The notes beneath the pieces were generated by a model, which did no database searches, was not told the origin of the DNA, and was given only the letters and a program-made list of their open reading frames with translations. This document shows, piece by piece, positions 38,854 through 49,631 of a stretch of DNA of 64,000 nt. The stretch lies in the NCBI GenBank assembly GCA_028284725.1, contig JANQRD010000205.1, positions 2,117-66,116 of the forward strand, read 5' to 3'. Both the position numbers and the translations under genes were made by a program. This DNA is from Allomuricauda sp. (GTDB lineage: Bacteria; Bacteroidota; Bacteroidia; Flavobacteriales; Flavobacteriaceae). How positions within the stretch are numbered: position 1 is the first letter of the stretch; each line of letters begins with the position of its first letter.

Positions 38854-39678
38854 ATGAAAAAAAACAATTTCCTCTTAGTCTTACTTGTCCTTTCCTTTTT
38901 TTTGAATTTCCAGATGGTAAGATCTCAAGAGCATGCGAGTTATGTGCGCTTGGAGTATATAAAATTGCCCACCAATAACTGGAATGGCTATTGGACTGAA
39001 ATCCAAGATAAGTGGAAGCCATTGTACAAAGAAATGATAGCCAAGGGTGAAATGAAGGCTTGGAAGCTTTTTTGGGTCCGATTCCCCGCAGGAACGGAAA
39101 TACCTTATGATATTGTTAATGTATCATTCCACCGAGACAGTGTCGGATTGGCTAATCATTCCTTGTCCAAATTTTTTCAGACCAGCAAAAAAGGGGGTGG
39201 GGTGTCTTTCAATGAAATGGAGCGGCCGTTGTTGGATATGGTGAACAAGGTAAAGGTAGAGACCTATCAAATAGTGGAAGAGGCCCATGGCAGTTTCGAG
39301 TTGGACTCCTTGGCACGTACCAATCAAAACTATCAAATCGACTTTATGGATGCGGCCCAAGAAAATGCGGAAGCCTACGTAAATATGGAAGCTGAGATTT
39401 TTAAGCCCATGCACCAAGTGGCTATGGAGGATGGTAGACTTAAAAGTTGGACCTTGTGCAAACGCCTGAGTCAGGACAGCAATGCCATAATTCAAAGGTT
39501 TATCATTTTTAACCAATGGAGTTCGTGGGCCAATTGGCAGTCCGCTGGGGGATTGCAAGACTTTCAAAAAGTAAATCCCAGTTTAGATCAGGCTGGCATG
39601 AACGACATCTTTAGCAAGATTGGTCGCCTTAGGCAAATGACAAAATCGGAGATGTGGTCCATTTGGGATGAATTGTAG
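38854..39678 (+). CDS. Secreted hypothetical protein with internally duplicated domain
   Basis: Signal peptide; two similar halves (WKPLYKEMIAKGEMKAWKL and FKPMHQVAMEDGRLKSWTL). Confidence 0.65.
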   Translation: MKKNNFLLVLLVLSFFLNFQMVRSQEHASYVRLEYIKLPTNNWNGYWTEIQDKWKPLYKEMIAKGEMKAWKLFWVRFPAGTEIPYDIVNVSFHRDSVGLANHSLSKFFQTSKKGGGVSFNEMERPLLDMVNKVKVETYQIVEEAHGSFELDSLARTNQNYQIDFMDAAQENAEAYVNMEAEIFKPMHQVAMEDGRLKSWTLCKRLSQDSNAIIQRFIIFNQWSSWANWQSAGGLQDFQKVNPSLDQAGMNDIFSKIGRLRQMTKSEMWSIWDEL

Positions 39679-39703
39679 GGTAGTGCTCTTCTTGTCCTTT
39701 CGA

Positions 39704-39737
39704 ACCGGACATCAGTTTTCTTATAATGATGTCCGGT
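39704..39737. terminator. Hairpin between convergent genes, possible bidirectional terminator
   Basis: 11-bp perfect stem ACCGGACATCA / TGATGTCCGGT; weak U-tract. Confidence 0.5.
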
Positions 39738-39780
39738 CTTAAGGGGAGAATCCCTGAAGATGGTTATTTTGATATGTATA

Positions 39781-42700
39781 CTATTGATTGATTTTGATGA
39801 AATCGAGAAAATCCGAGTTCTTTGCGACCACCACATAGTTTTTTCCTGAAATTTCAAGCATGTCCATATCCTTAACATCACCTGGAGCATAGAAACCACT
39901 TTCCCGCCCTAGTATGGGCTTAAACCCTCCTTTTCCGTTCCCTTGGAGCAGTACCCCAATGTTCGCATCATTACGTGGGGTTTCAACTTCGGAAGCATAT
40001 AAATTTCCGGCTATGAGTGCATCTAAATTTCCATCTTTATCATAATCATGTATCAGGATTTGGTTAATGGATGAAAGTTGTGCCATCTGAGGAAGCCGAT
40101 GGATTTTGAACACGCCCTTATTGTTCTCCAGATAAATGCTTGCAAACGATTTTACTTGATAATGCAGTGCGTTTTCTAAATAGCCTTCGGTGTAAATATC
40201 CTCGAGTGTGGCATTGGAGAACGTTTCATAATTTTTGAACTTTTCCTTTATTCCAGGCATTTGTTGTGACGAACACTCTCGCCCACGCACCGGGAATTTT
40301 TCCCCGTCGTTGAAATAGCTCAATACGATATCCTGGGTATTATTACTGTCAAAGTCATAAAAATAGACATCAAAGGTCTCTTTGGCATTGGCTTGATACT
40401 TATAATTCAGGCCAAGGTTTCCAATAATCAAATCCATATCACCATCGTTGTCGAAATCCCCGTCCTTCACACTGAACCACCATCCATGGGAATCTTCAAC
40501 ACCCACTTTGGACGAAACATCCGTAAAACGACCATCGCTATTTTTTAAAACCGTGATGGGCATCCATTCTCCAACTAGGATAAGATCAGTCCATCCATCA
40601 TTATCGAAATCGGACCAAATACCGTCGGTAACCATACCTATTTCTTTCAAATCAGGGGCCACCTGAGAAGTAGCATCCACGAATTCCACCGTTCCATTTG
40701 TGCTTCTATTTTCAAGGATATAACTGTTCGCCGGAACGGGATAATTAGCAGGAACCAAACGCCCTGCAACGAACAAGTCTAAATCCCCATCTTTATCAAA
40801 ATCGTGACTGTAAGCCTTGGAACCACTAACCAGCATTTGTGGAATGCCATCGGACTTATAGAATTGACCTGTACCGTCGTTGATGTAAAGGCGATCTTGT
40901 AACAAATTGGAATTGGGCTCGAATTCATTGCCTCCGCTTACAATGTATAGATCCAAATCGGAGTCGTTGTCCGCGTCAAATAGATGGATGCCCATATCTT
41001 CATAGGCACTATCGCTATTTAGGATTTCCGAATCCAAACGAGCAAACCCACCAGCCTTTTGTTGAAGGTATACCGCTGTCCTATTCTGGGAAGCTCCCCC
41101 AACGACCATATCGTCCAAACCATCACCATTTAGGTCACCAACGGCAATGTTTGGTCCGAAGGTGGACATTTTATGTGGTAACAAAATCTCTTTTGTAAAA
41201 TCATTGTAAACATTCTCCACATGTTTATGAATGACAATGCTCGAAGTATCTTTGGCAGTTTCAAAGAGCTTCCCCCTTTTTTTGGAATTGGAAGCAACTT
41301 CCTTGCTGGCATTTTTATGGGCTACCGTGATAAGCGAGTTCATTTTGGGATTTCGTAGGATCTCTTTTTGATGATCTGGCCATTGGATGCGAATTGAATC
41401 AACTTTTTTGGCATTTCCCAGACCAAAATGTAGTCGTGGTGCTACGGAGGATTGAAATCCCCTGGTCAGCATAAGCTCTTGGTACTGCATCTTTCCTTCG
41501 GAAAAAAGGGTGGCTTTGACACCTATGCCCGACGGATTGGTCTTGGGTCCCTCAAATTTTAGGGATAGATGATTTGCGCTGCTCGAGCTTTTATTTTCAA
41601 ACAAAGTTGCGTGGTCATCTATGTTATTGGTGACGATTTCCAAATCACCATCATTGTCCAAATCGGCATAAACACATCCGTTGGAGAAACCTTCGTGTAC
41701 TAAGTTCCATTTTTTGTTGATTCTGCTGAAGGTGAGATCGCCGTTGTTCCTAAAAACAAAATTGTCGATTTTCTCAGATGGAATCGCCAATGACCGTTCC
41801 AGCAAACTATCTCTTTTGTTGGTCACAAGCGCTAAGGCATTAAAATAATCTCGATTGTTGATTTCCCTTCGTGTACCATTGGAAATGAAGAGATCTTTAA
41901 ATCCATCATTATCCAAATCTGCAAAAAGTGGACCCCAGCTCCAATCAGTGGAAGAAACCCCTGCAAGCCGCGAAGTGTTGCTGAAATCAGGAATATTACC
42001 CTTGAACACGCCATTGTTCAGTTGTAGTGTATTGTGCATGTACTGGTAGTGGAATCCAGAATTTACGGTTGACCAAAAAATAGCTGGATTCATGCTGGCC
42101 ATATTGGCCTTTGCCCTTCTATTGTTTTTGGCATCCATATCAGCCTGGAAAATATCAAGAAGGCCATCGTTGTTATAATCTGCTATATCCACACCCATTC
42201 CGTAGAACGAGGTTTGCTTGGTAGATTCTTTTAGAACGTCTGTGAAGGTACCATCCCGATTATTTATGTAAAGAAAATCTGGAGTACTGAAATCATTGGA
42301 AACATAAATATCGAACCAGCCATCTTGATTAAGATCCCCTATGGTGGCGCTCAAGGTGAGGCCAAAAGACCTGACCCCTGATGCATTGGTCACTTTTGCG
42401 AAAGAATCCCCATCGTTTCGATACAGGTTATCAGTTTCATGGTCTTTTACAGTATCCATTTTAAAGAGGTAGTAATCGTTTGGGGCACTGAATTTTGTTG
42501 GAGGATAATTAGCTACATAAAGGTCAAGATCCCCATCATTATCATAGTCAAAAAAGGAAGCCTGGACACTGTTGCCCACGTCAGCAATACCATATGCCTC
42601 AGCACTTTCGGTAAAGGTGTTGTCGCCGTTGTTGATGTAAAGTTCATTTTCCTTGGGGGTAAATTTACCGCCCACCGAGCAATAAATATCAAGATGCCCA

Positions 42701-43086
42701 TCATTGTTTATATCGACCATTGTGGTTCCCGTGTACCAGCGTTGGTCTCCTGAAATGTTTGCGGCTTCGGTGATGTCTTCAAACTGGAGGTTGCCTTTGT
42801 TGAGATACAACTTGTTGGGAACCATGTTGCCCGTAAAAAACAAATCGATAAGCCCATCGTTGTTGATATCTCCTGCGGAGACGCCACCTCCCATATATAG
42901 GTAGGAGTAGGTAAAATAATTCAATGAATCATTTTCCTGCAGGTTATTGGAGAAATGAATGCCTGTTTCATTGGGCGGGAGCTTCTCGAACGTTTGTTTG
43001 GTTTTTTCCTCATTCGAACTGCACGAAAAAAGTAGCTGTATCGCGACAGCCAGAAAAATCAATCTATTTTGTTTCGGTATCCGCAT
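39781..43086 (-). CDS. FG-GAP/VCBS repeat, ASPIC/UnbV (CRTAC1-like) lipoprotein
   Basis: Lipobox LFSC after ATG 43086; DxDxDG repeats; STDWSWG; RGFQSSV..RLHFGLG; paralogue of 23654-27016. Confidence 0.88.
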   Translation of the reverse strand: MRIPKQNRLIFLAVAIQLLFSCSSNEEKTKQTFEKLPPNETGIHFSNNLQENDSLNYFTYSYLYMGGGVSAGDINNDGLIDLFFTGNMVPNKLYLNKGNLQFEDITEAANISGDQRWYTGTTMVDINNDGHLDIYCSVGGKFTPKENELYINNGDNTFTESAEAYGIADVGNSVQASFFDYDNDGDLDLYVANYPPTKFSAPNDYYLFKMDTVKDHETDNLYRNDGDSFAKVTNASGVRSFGLTLSATIGDLNQDGWFDIYVSNDFSTPDFLYINNRDGTFTDVLKESTKQTSFYGMGVDIADYNNDGLLDIFQADMDAKNNRRAKANMASMNPAIFWSTVNSGFHYQYMHNTLQLNNGVFKGNIPDFSNTSRLAGVSSTDWSWGPLFADLDNDGFKDLFISNGTRREINNRDYFNALALVTNKRDSLLERSLAIPSEKIDNFVFRNNGDLTFSRINKKWNLVHEGFSNGCVYADLDNDGDLEIVTNNIDDHATLFENKSSSSANHLSLKFEGPKTNPSGIGVKATLFSEGKMQYQELMLTRGFQSSVAPRLHFGLGNAKKVDSIRIQWPDHQKEILRNPKMNSLITVAHKNASKEVASNSKKRGKLFETAKDTSSIVIHKHVENVYNDFTKEILLPHKMSTFGPNIAVGDLNGDGLDDMVVGGASQNRTAVYLQQKAGGFARLDSEILNSDSAYEDMGIHLFDADNDSDLDLYIVSGGNEFEPNSNLLQDRLYINDGTGQFYKSDGIPQMLVSGSKAYSHDFDKDGDLDLFVAGRLVPANYPVPANSYILENRSTNGTVEFVDATSQVAPDLKEIGMVTDGIWSDFDNDGWTDLILVGEWMPITVLKNSDGRFTDVSSKVGVEDSHGWWFSVKDGDFDNDGDMDLIIGNLGLNYKYQANAKETFDVYFYDFDSNNTQDIVLSYFNDGEKFPVRGRECSSQQMPGIKEKFKNYETFSNATLEDIYTEGYLENALHYQVKSFASIYLENNKGVFKIHRLPQMAQLSSINQILIHDYDKDGNLDALIAGNLYASEVETPRNDANIGVLLQGNGKGGFKPILGRESGFYAPGDVKDMDMLEISGKNYVVVAKNSDFLDFIKINQ

Positions 43087-43108
43087 TATAAAATTGTATA
43101 AATATAGA

Positions 43109-43134
43109 GAACAGGGCAATAAGCTGCCCTGTTC
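43109..43134 (-). terminator. Hairpin downstream of the second susD
   Basis: 10-bp perfect stem GAACAGGGCA / TGCCCTGTTC followed on the minus strand by TCTATATTT. Confidence 0.6.
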
Positions 43135-43186
43135 AACTAACTAACTCAAAATTTACGCTACTTTCACATTTGGTTAGATTATTCTT

Positions 43187-44914
43187 TTAATACCCTGGAT
43201 TTTGCTCTAAAACTCCTTGACTTAGATCAATAGCCTGTTGGGGTATTGGAAAAATTGCATCTGTGGGTGTAAATACCGACCCGGGAAGGTAGCTTCGGGT
43301 ATTGTCGCCTGCAACGAAAGCGTTCAGAACTTCCTCTGCAACACCTCTTCGCACCAAATCAAAGAAGCGATGCCCTTCCAAAGCAGTTTCCAATCTGTAT
43401 TCGAAAAGGATGGCCTGTTCGGCAAAATTGGCATCTGGAAATCCACCGTTGTCCGCATAAAGACCAACCACATAATTGGCTGCATCGGTCCCATCGTCAT
43501 TTTTGACCCATCCATCCGGATTGGCAGCCCTGGCTCTCACTTGATCTACCAAGGAAACTGCTGTGGCCAAATCATTTTCCGAAGCAGCAATTTCAGCTCT
43601 CCATAACAACAATTCTGAATATCGAATGATATTGGTGTTGATGGCATTGACTGTTGTTGCCCAACCTGTTGCGGTATTCACCGACCCTGATTGATCAGCT
43701 CTATAGTTTATTTTCTTGTTTACATAACATCCGCCATTGGCTGGATCTCTTGTCCAGGCCAGACCAGGAAAATCTCCCCATCCTAAAAATGGAATTCCTT
43801 TTCTTCCCACGGTCCAATCCAATCTTGAATCAAGATTGCCCGGTTCTTCAATAAACGAATTATCATCTGGGAAGCCACTTGCGGATGCGTCATTGGGATC
43901 AACATTGTTGATGTTGCTATCATTAAAAGTATCGAACAAAGGCAACCCATTAGCATCGGTCTTGAAGGCATTGACGAGATTGTGAGTAGGTTGCATAAAA
44001 CCACAACATCCAGCTCCAATAGGACTGTTATGGGGATGATTTAGGATATCACCGTAATTCCCGTTACTACTGTTGTTACTTCCATCATTTACCGCATATT
44101 GCACCGCGAAAACGGATTCCATGCTGTTATTGGTATCCGCATCAAAATTATCGTGGAAAAAGGCATTCAAAGCATAAGGACCGTTGTTGATTACATCATC
44201 CAATAAGGGTTTGGCGGCGGCATAATCATTTTGATACATATGGGCCTTGGCCAAATACGCCTTGGAATTCCATGAATTGGCCCCTCCTACACGAGCACTT
44301 TCCGTAGGTAAATTATCAATAGCGAACTGGAAATCAGCTTCTATCGCAGCCCAAACATCTACCCCGATATTGGAAACACTCTCGCCAGCAGCAGCTGTTA
44401 CTTCATCGATGTACGGAACGTTACCGAATATCTTTAAAGCTTCAAAATGATAATGTGCTCTTAAAAAACGAAGTTCTCCTGAAAATTGGGCAGCACCTTC
44501 GGCCGTCAGCGTTCCTGCTTCTGTGCCAGAGGCAATAGCAATCATGGCAGTATTTACCCTCGATACCCCTTCAAAAATTGAAGTCCATTTGTAATCTTGA
44601 TAGGAATTGGTGACCTGGGCATCGTAAGTTTCGTATTGGGTAATTTCAGATTGATCACCGGCATCACTTCCCTTATAGGCTCCATCTGCAGCAACTTCTC
44701 CATATACCCAATTTGAAGGAGCAGCTCTCCATACATTGGTGTTGTCGCGATTTCCATCCAAAATGGCATATGCAGCAACCACCTGGGTGTTAATAAAAGT
44801 ATCATTTAATGGAACATCCGACCCCGATAAGTCTTGTAGGGGTATGTTCAAATCATCGTTGCAAGCCGATAGTAATATCGCTGATGCAACTAAAATGTTG
44901 AATATTTTTTTCAT
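43187..44914 (-). CDS. susD: SusD/RagB glycan-binding lipoprotein
   Basis: Lipobox LSAC, GELRFLRAHYHF, RYSELLLWRAE, ETALEGHRFFDLVRRG, PIPQ. Confidence 0.95.
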   Translation of the reverse strand: MKKIFNILVASAILLSACNDDLNIPLQDLSGSDVPLNDTFINTQVVAAYAILDGNRDNTNVWRAAPSNWVYGEVAADGAYKGSDAGDQSEITQYETYDAQVTNSYQDYKWTSIFEGVSRVNTAMIAIASGTEAGTLTAEGAAQFSGELRFLRAHYHFEALKIFGNVPYIDEVTAAAGESVSNIGVDVWAAIEADFQFAIDNLPTESARVGGANSWNSKAYLAKAHMYQNDYAAAKPLLDDVINNGPYALNAFFHDNFDADTNNSMESVFAVQYAVNDGSNNSSNGNYGDILNHPHNSPIGAGCCGFMQPTHNLVNAFKTDANGLPLFDTFNDSNINNVDPNDASASGFPDDNSFIEEPGNLDSRLDWTVGRKGIPFLGWGDFPGLAWTRDPANGGCYVNKKINYRADQSGSVNTATGWATTVNAINTNIIRYSELLLWRAEIAASENDLATAVSLVDQVRARAANPDGWVKNDDGTDAANYVVGLYADNGGFPDANFAEQAILFEYRLETALEGHRFFDLVRRGVAEEVLNAFVAGDNTRSYLPGSVFTPTDAIFPIPQQAIDLSQGVLEQNPGY

Positions 44915-44926
44915 AATTAATTTTTT

Positions 44927-47900
44927 TTAAAATGCAACGTCTAAGCCGAATATTACGGATCGGGTAATTGGGTAGACCCCACTATCAACACCTATGGTGA
45001 GGTTAGTATTCACTGTAGGTACAATGCTAATTTCGTTTCCATTGTTCAGTCCGGGATTCCTAAGGTTTACTTCAGGGTCCAATCCTGTGTAGTCTGTTAG
45101 GGTAATTAAATTTTTACCCTGAATGTACCAACGGATTTTTGAAGCTCCCAGTTTCTCCGTGATGGACTGTGGAAGACTGTACCCTATAATAATGTTCTTG
45201 AGCCTGGCATAAGAACCATCTTCCACATAATACGAGGATTGGGCTGATTCTGCTGAAATAATTCCAGCATCATTGGTCAAAGCTGGTAATGAACTTCCTG
45301 GACCTCCGTTGACGTAATCCAAACTTTTAGCACCTGGAAAGGTATTAAAATCAGTAAAAAACTTCATGAAGTTGTACAGATCGTTGCCCTGAGATCCTTG
45401 AACCAGGAGCGAAAAATCAAAGTTCTTATAATTTCCATTAAAGGTCAATCCATATGTGAAGTCAGGATGGGGATTTCCAATGAAGGTTTGTTCTCCATTG
45501 TTGGCAAACTGCATCCGTCCATCCGCACCAATACCCGTAAAAACCTTTCCGTAAAAAGAAGATAGGGGTTGACCTGCCTGGGTTCTAGTAGGGTTTTGAT
45601 CTCGTAACCTTGATCCCTGAATGAAGAAATCCAAGTTATCGGGATTTAGGAAAATCACTTCATTTTTATAACCGGAGATATTAAACCCAATATTGAAATT
45701 GAAATCTTCCGATACTGTTTTTCCATATCCCAATGCTATGTCAAAACCTTTGTTGGACATTTCACCGAGGTTGCTTACGATTGTATTTACGGAGCCAAGA
45801 ACGGTTGGGTCTCCACCAACGGCAAGCAGCATGTCTTCCGTGGTCGCGTCATAGTATTCAAAATCAAAAGTTAGGTCATTAAACAATCTTGAACTGATTC
45901 CTATGTTCAGGGTGGTTGTGGTTTCCCATTCCAAATCAGGATTTCCTCTATTGTTAAGCCCATAACCTACATCACTACCAGTGTTGCTATTTGGATAGGC
46001 AAAGAAATCTGCATTTGGACTATAGGTATCGGAGGTGGCATTGGCAGCAATATTACCATCGTTTGCCACAACACCATAACCCACTTTAAGCATTAAATCT
46101 GTAAACACGTTGGAATCTGACATGAAGTTCTCATTACTGATTCTCCATCCTGCACTAACCGATGGGAAGATACCGTCCCTTTGGTCTTCATTGAACAAAG
46201 AAGAACTGTCGTACCGGAGCGTACCGGTCAATAAGTAGGTGTCCTTAAATTTGTAGTCTACCTTTCCAAAACCAGAGAAATAGGAATTAATGAAACCATT
46301 TCCGATAGCATTTTGGGCTCCTGTACCGAATTGGATGTACTGAATGTTTGGCACATCATCAAAAAGAAACCCGCCAATTGTAGATTGGTTTTGTCTAAAG
46401 AAGTCTTTGTTGAACTCTGTTCCTACCAATACATCAAGTCCGTGTTCACCAAAATTTTTGGAATAATTCAACGTGTTGAACCAAGTATAGGTTCTTCTAA
46501 GTGAGGAGTATTCTCTTAACAAATTGTTGGTTGGCGCTTCATTTTCAAAGGAAGCCGCATCAAAATTCGTGGTGTTTACAGACCAAAGATCAAATCCTAG
46601 GTTTGTTTTGAAAGTAAGATCAGGAATGATATCATACTCTGCATAGATGTTTCCAAGTGCTCGGAAGGTCAGTATATCAGCATCCCTATCTCTTTCGGCA
46701 ATACCGATGGGATTGTTCCCATTTCCCAATCCCCCAACAAATGAACCTGCGAGGTTACCTCCTACATCCCTGACAGGGATAAGAGGGTTTATTCGGTATA
46801 AAGATGCGATGGGACCGTTGTTGACATCTGCACCGGGAGGGATGGTCTGTTCAGAATAGGTAACCGATATGTTTTCTCCGATTCTGAATTTGTTGGTAAC
46901 ATCAAAAGAGGAATTTGCCCGCAAATTATATCTTGTAAAATCAGTATGCAGTGCTACCCCTTCTTGGTCAAGTGCCCCTAAAGAGAAATAGAAATTTGAC
47001 CTTTCTGAGCCTCCAGCAGCACTGACGTTGTAATTTCTCGTAATAGCAGAGTTAAAATATTCATCAAACCAATCAGTTCCTTGAGGGTTTGCGCGGGTAA
47101 TTCGGTTATCGGGAAAACTATAAGTGCTTTCATCTGCCGTTTGTGCTCCCTGTGGAAACAAGTACACCGGGATTACAGGTGTTGCCCCGCTTCCATATTG
47201 TGGATTGCTAGGGGCCGTTCCATCATTGGCTGCTGCTTCCCAAATGGCATCTGCCAGTTGTTGGGGAGAAGCCAAATCTGGAAAGACGGAACTAGGCACG
47301 AAATCAACTCCAAGAAAAACATTTGCGTTAAAGGTCACCGGTTGATTCTTTCTTCCTCCTTTGGTGGTAACTATGATAACCCCATTTGCGGCACGGTTAC
47401 CATAAATTGCTGCGGATGATGCATCTTTAAGAATTTGAACGGATTCAATATCGTTAGGATTTAATTCCGTTAAACCTGCATCGGTAGGTGTCCCATCGAT
47501 GATGTATAGGGGATCATTTCCATTAATGGTTCCATAACCCCTAATTCGAACAACCGCTCCCGAACCCGGGCTACCTTGATTCCCTACGATTACACCTGAA
47601 CTTTGGCCCTGCAAGGCTTCTTCGAAGTTCAGAGGCGTCGTGGCGGCCAAATCCTCGGATTTTACTGTGGTCACGGATCCGGTAATATCCCGGGTATTTT
47701 GCGCGGAATATCCCGTGATCACTACTTCATCCAGTTGACTGGCATCTTCTTGTAACACCACATCGATAGTGGTACGACCACCAACCTGGATTTCTTGAGT
47801 AGCGAAACCTACATAACTGACGATTAAGGTGGCATTGTCCCCCACGGTTATGGTGTAGTTACCGTCAAAATCTGTTTGGGTACCGTTGGTTGTGCCTTGT

Positions 47901-48124
47901 TCAACGATACTGGCACCTGGTAAAGGGGCACCCGTGGTATCGGTAATGGTACCGCTCACAGTCGACTGGTACATGGTTACATTGACCGTTTCATGATTAC
48001 CCCGGGAAAATTGGGTAAACATGGTCATTACGATCGTTAAAAGCGTAATTTTCAGAGCTGTTCCAAACCCTAAAAAATCTTTCAACGATTTGAATTCAAA
48101 TCTTTGATTCATGATTTTGTTCAT
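44927..48124 (-). CDS. susC: SusC/RagA TonB-dependent transporter
   Basis: LDEVVITGY, LKDASSAAIYGNRAANGVI, NPDLEWET, C-terminal Phe. Confidence 0.96.
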   Translation of the reverse strand: MNKIMNQRFEFKSLKDFLGFGTALKITLLTIVMTMFTQFSRGNHETVNVTMYQSTVSGTITDTTGAPLPGASIVEQGTTNGTQTDFDGNYTITVGDNATLIVSYVGFATQEIQVGGRTTIDVVLQEDASQLDEVVITGYSAQNTRDITGSVTTVKSEDLAATTPLNFEEALQGQSSGVIVGNQGSPGSGAVVRIRGYGTINGNDPLYIIDGTPTDAGLTELNPNDIESVQILKDASSAAIYGNRAANGVIIVTTKGGRKNQPVTFNANVFLGVDFVPSSVFPDLASPQQLADAIWEAAANDGTAPSNPQYGSGATPVIPVYLFPQGAQTADESTYSFPDNRITRANPQGTDWFDEYFNSAITRNYNVSAAGGSERSNFYFSLGALDQEGVALHTDFTRYNLRANSSFDVTNKFRIGENISVTYSEQTIPPGADVNNGPIASLYRINPLIPVRDVGGNLAGSFVGGLGNGNNPIGIAERDRDADILTFRALGNIYAEYDIIPDLTFKTNLGFDLWSVNTTNFDAASFENEAPTNNLLREYSSLRRTYTWFNTLNYSKNFGEHGLDVLVGTEFNKDFFRQNQSTIGGFLFDDVPNIQYIQFGTGAQNAIGNGFINSYFSGFGKVDYKFKDTYLLTGTLRYDSSSLFNEDQRDGIFPSVSAGWRISNENFMSDSNVFTDLMLKVGYGVVANDGNIAANATSDTYSPNADFFAYPNSNTGSDVGYGLNNRGNPDLEWETTTTLNIGISSRLFNDLTFDFEYYDATTEDMLLAVGGDPTVLGSVNTIVSNLGEMSNKGFDIALGYGKTVSEDFNFNIGFNISGYKNEVIFLNPDNLDFFIQGSRLRDQNPTRTQAGQPLSSFYGKVFTGIGADGRMQFANNGEQTFIGNPHPDFTYGLTFNGNYKNFDFSLLVQGSQGNDLYNFMKFFTDFNTFPGAKSLDYVNGGPGSSLPALTNDAGIISAESAQSSYYVEDGSYARLKNIIIGYSLPQSITEKLGASKIRWYIQGKNLITLTDYTGLDPEVNLRNPGLNNGNEISIVPTVNTNLTIGVDSGVYPITRSVIFGLDVAF

Positions 48125-48198
48125 TAGTTAGTTAATTGTTCAAGAGGCATTAGCTGGCTTTAGCTAATGTTAATTAATTGTAATCTTATACTACCCAA

Positions 48199-48206
48199 CA
48201 AATGTA
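48199..48206 (-). promoter_or_regulatory. Candidate sigma-A -7 element (TACATTTG) for the second susC
   Basis: Matches TAnnTTTG on the minus strand, 75 nt upstream of the ATG. Confidence 0.55.
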
Positions 48207-48412
48207 TTGGAATGCGTTACTGCTCATTGATCATATTTTATCATATGATGATAGTATTTATAATTTTATGTTAAAAAATAAATGAAATCGAATATTGGGG
48301 CAGTTTATGTTGCGGAATCCTTACTATGTTGAAATCAAAGGATATATTGCCCTATTCGCTTTAGGGGATTATAAATGGTAATATTCTCAACCCGCAGTCG
48401 ACCTATCTTATT

Positions 48413-49627
48413 TTATCCTAGAAGTTGTAGTATTTCCATCAAGGCTCTACTGTTGTGATAGGGACACTTCCAAGGTCCTATCTTATTTTCGTGCAAATAA
48501 GGTAACCCATTTTGGTTCACTCTAAAAAACCATTCTCCGTATTTATGATTTATGATATGGGTATCGATAAACTCCCAAATTTGTTTGCTTATGTTGAAGT
48601 AGTTCGGGTCGTTTGTAATTTTCCAGTTGTACAAAAGCCCCACCATGGCTTCAGCCTGTGGCCACCAATGTCTGTCCGTATCAATTTCAAAGGTATTGGA
48701 ATCTTTTGCATTTATTACCCCAAATTCAGAGTCAAGTGCTTCATTGATGAAGGTTTTGCATACATTTTTAAGAAGCACCTCTGCTTCTTTGATGAGTGTT
48801 TTATCATCCAAAATTCTAGTGGCGTACAGAATCAACCATGCTGCTTCTATGTCATGTCCAAAGGATATTTCAGAGGAAAGTTTTTTCCAGTCTTTTGAGA
48901 AGAAAAGCTTCATATGGTTACAATACTCAAATACCTTGCTTAAAAAAAGCCTGATCAAGGACACCAGTGCTTTTTCCACGCTTTGGTTTTGTGAGACCTC
49001 CCAAAGTGTGGTGTAAGCCTCCAAGATATGAAGATGGGTATTGGTGGTCTTAGGAGCATTTAGATCTTTTTCGCTAAGCCGCATATCGGCAATAGTGTTC
49101 CATTTATGGCCAAAAGCTTCCCAATAACCTCCGTCCGTTTTGTCGAGGGCTTTGTTTTCGAGAATTTCGAATAATTCAAGAGCCCATAGCAGTGCTTTGG
49201 GGTTTTTGGAGTATTTATAGTATTCCGAAAGAGCGTAGATGCAGAATGCCTGTGCATAAACTTGCTTTCTTTTGTCCAATGGATTCCCTCGATGGTCCAA
49301 CATCCAGAATACTCCTCCATTTTCATAATCCTGAAAGTTTTCCCTTAAATAGTCAAAGGCTCTTTGGCACTCCTCATCATATCGTGAATCTTTATAGAAG
49401 TTGCATGCCCGTGAAAATGTCCAGAGTATTCTTGTGTTTAGGATGATACCTTTGGGGGCTTCCCCATATACCTTGTTTTCATTGTCCATCCTCCCAATAA
49501 AACCACCGTGAACGATGTCCCTTGCATGAGTTCGCCAAAAGTGCAAAATACGATCTAGTTCGGTATTGAGCTTATGTGCAAATACCGATTCTTCAAGGTT
49601 TGAGATGGCTTCAGATTTAATTGGCAT
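48413..49627 (-). CDS. AGE family cellobiose/mannobiose 2-epimerase
   Basis: RILWTFS, NTHLHILEA, SFGHDIE, WWPQAE and WKCPYHNSR motifs; adjacent to GH130. Confidence 0.92.
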   Translation of the reverse strand: MPIKSEAISNLEESVFAHKLNTELDRILHFWRTHARDIVHGGFIGRMDNENKVYGEAPKGIILNTRILWTFSRACNFYKDSRYDEECQRAFDYLRENFQDYENGGVFWMLDHRGNPLDKRKQVYAQAFCIYALSEYYKYSKNPKALLWALELFEILENKALDKTDGGYWEAFGHKWNTIADMRLSEKDLNAPKTTNTHLHILEAYTTLWEVSQNQSVEKALVSLIRLFLSKVFEYCNHMKLFFSKDWKKLSSEISFGHDIEAAWLILYATRILDDKTLIKEAEVLLKNVCKTFINEALDSEFGVINAKDSNTFEIDTDRHWWPQAEAMVGLLYNWKITNDPNYFNISKQIWEFIDTHIINHKYGEWFFRVNQNGLPYLHENKIGPWKCPYHNSRALMEILQLLG

Positions 49628-49631
49628 TTCC

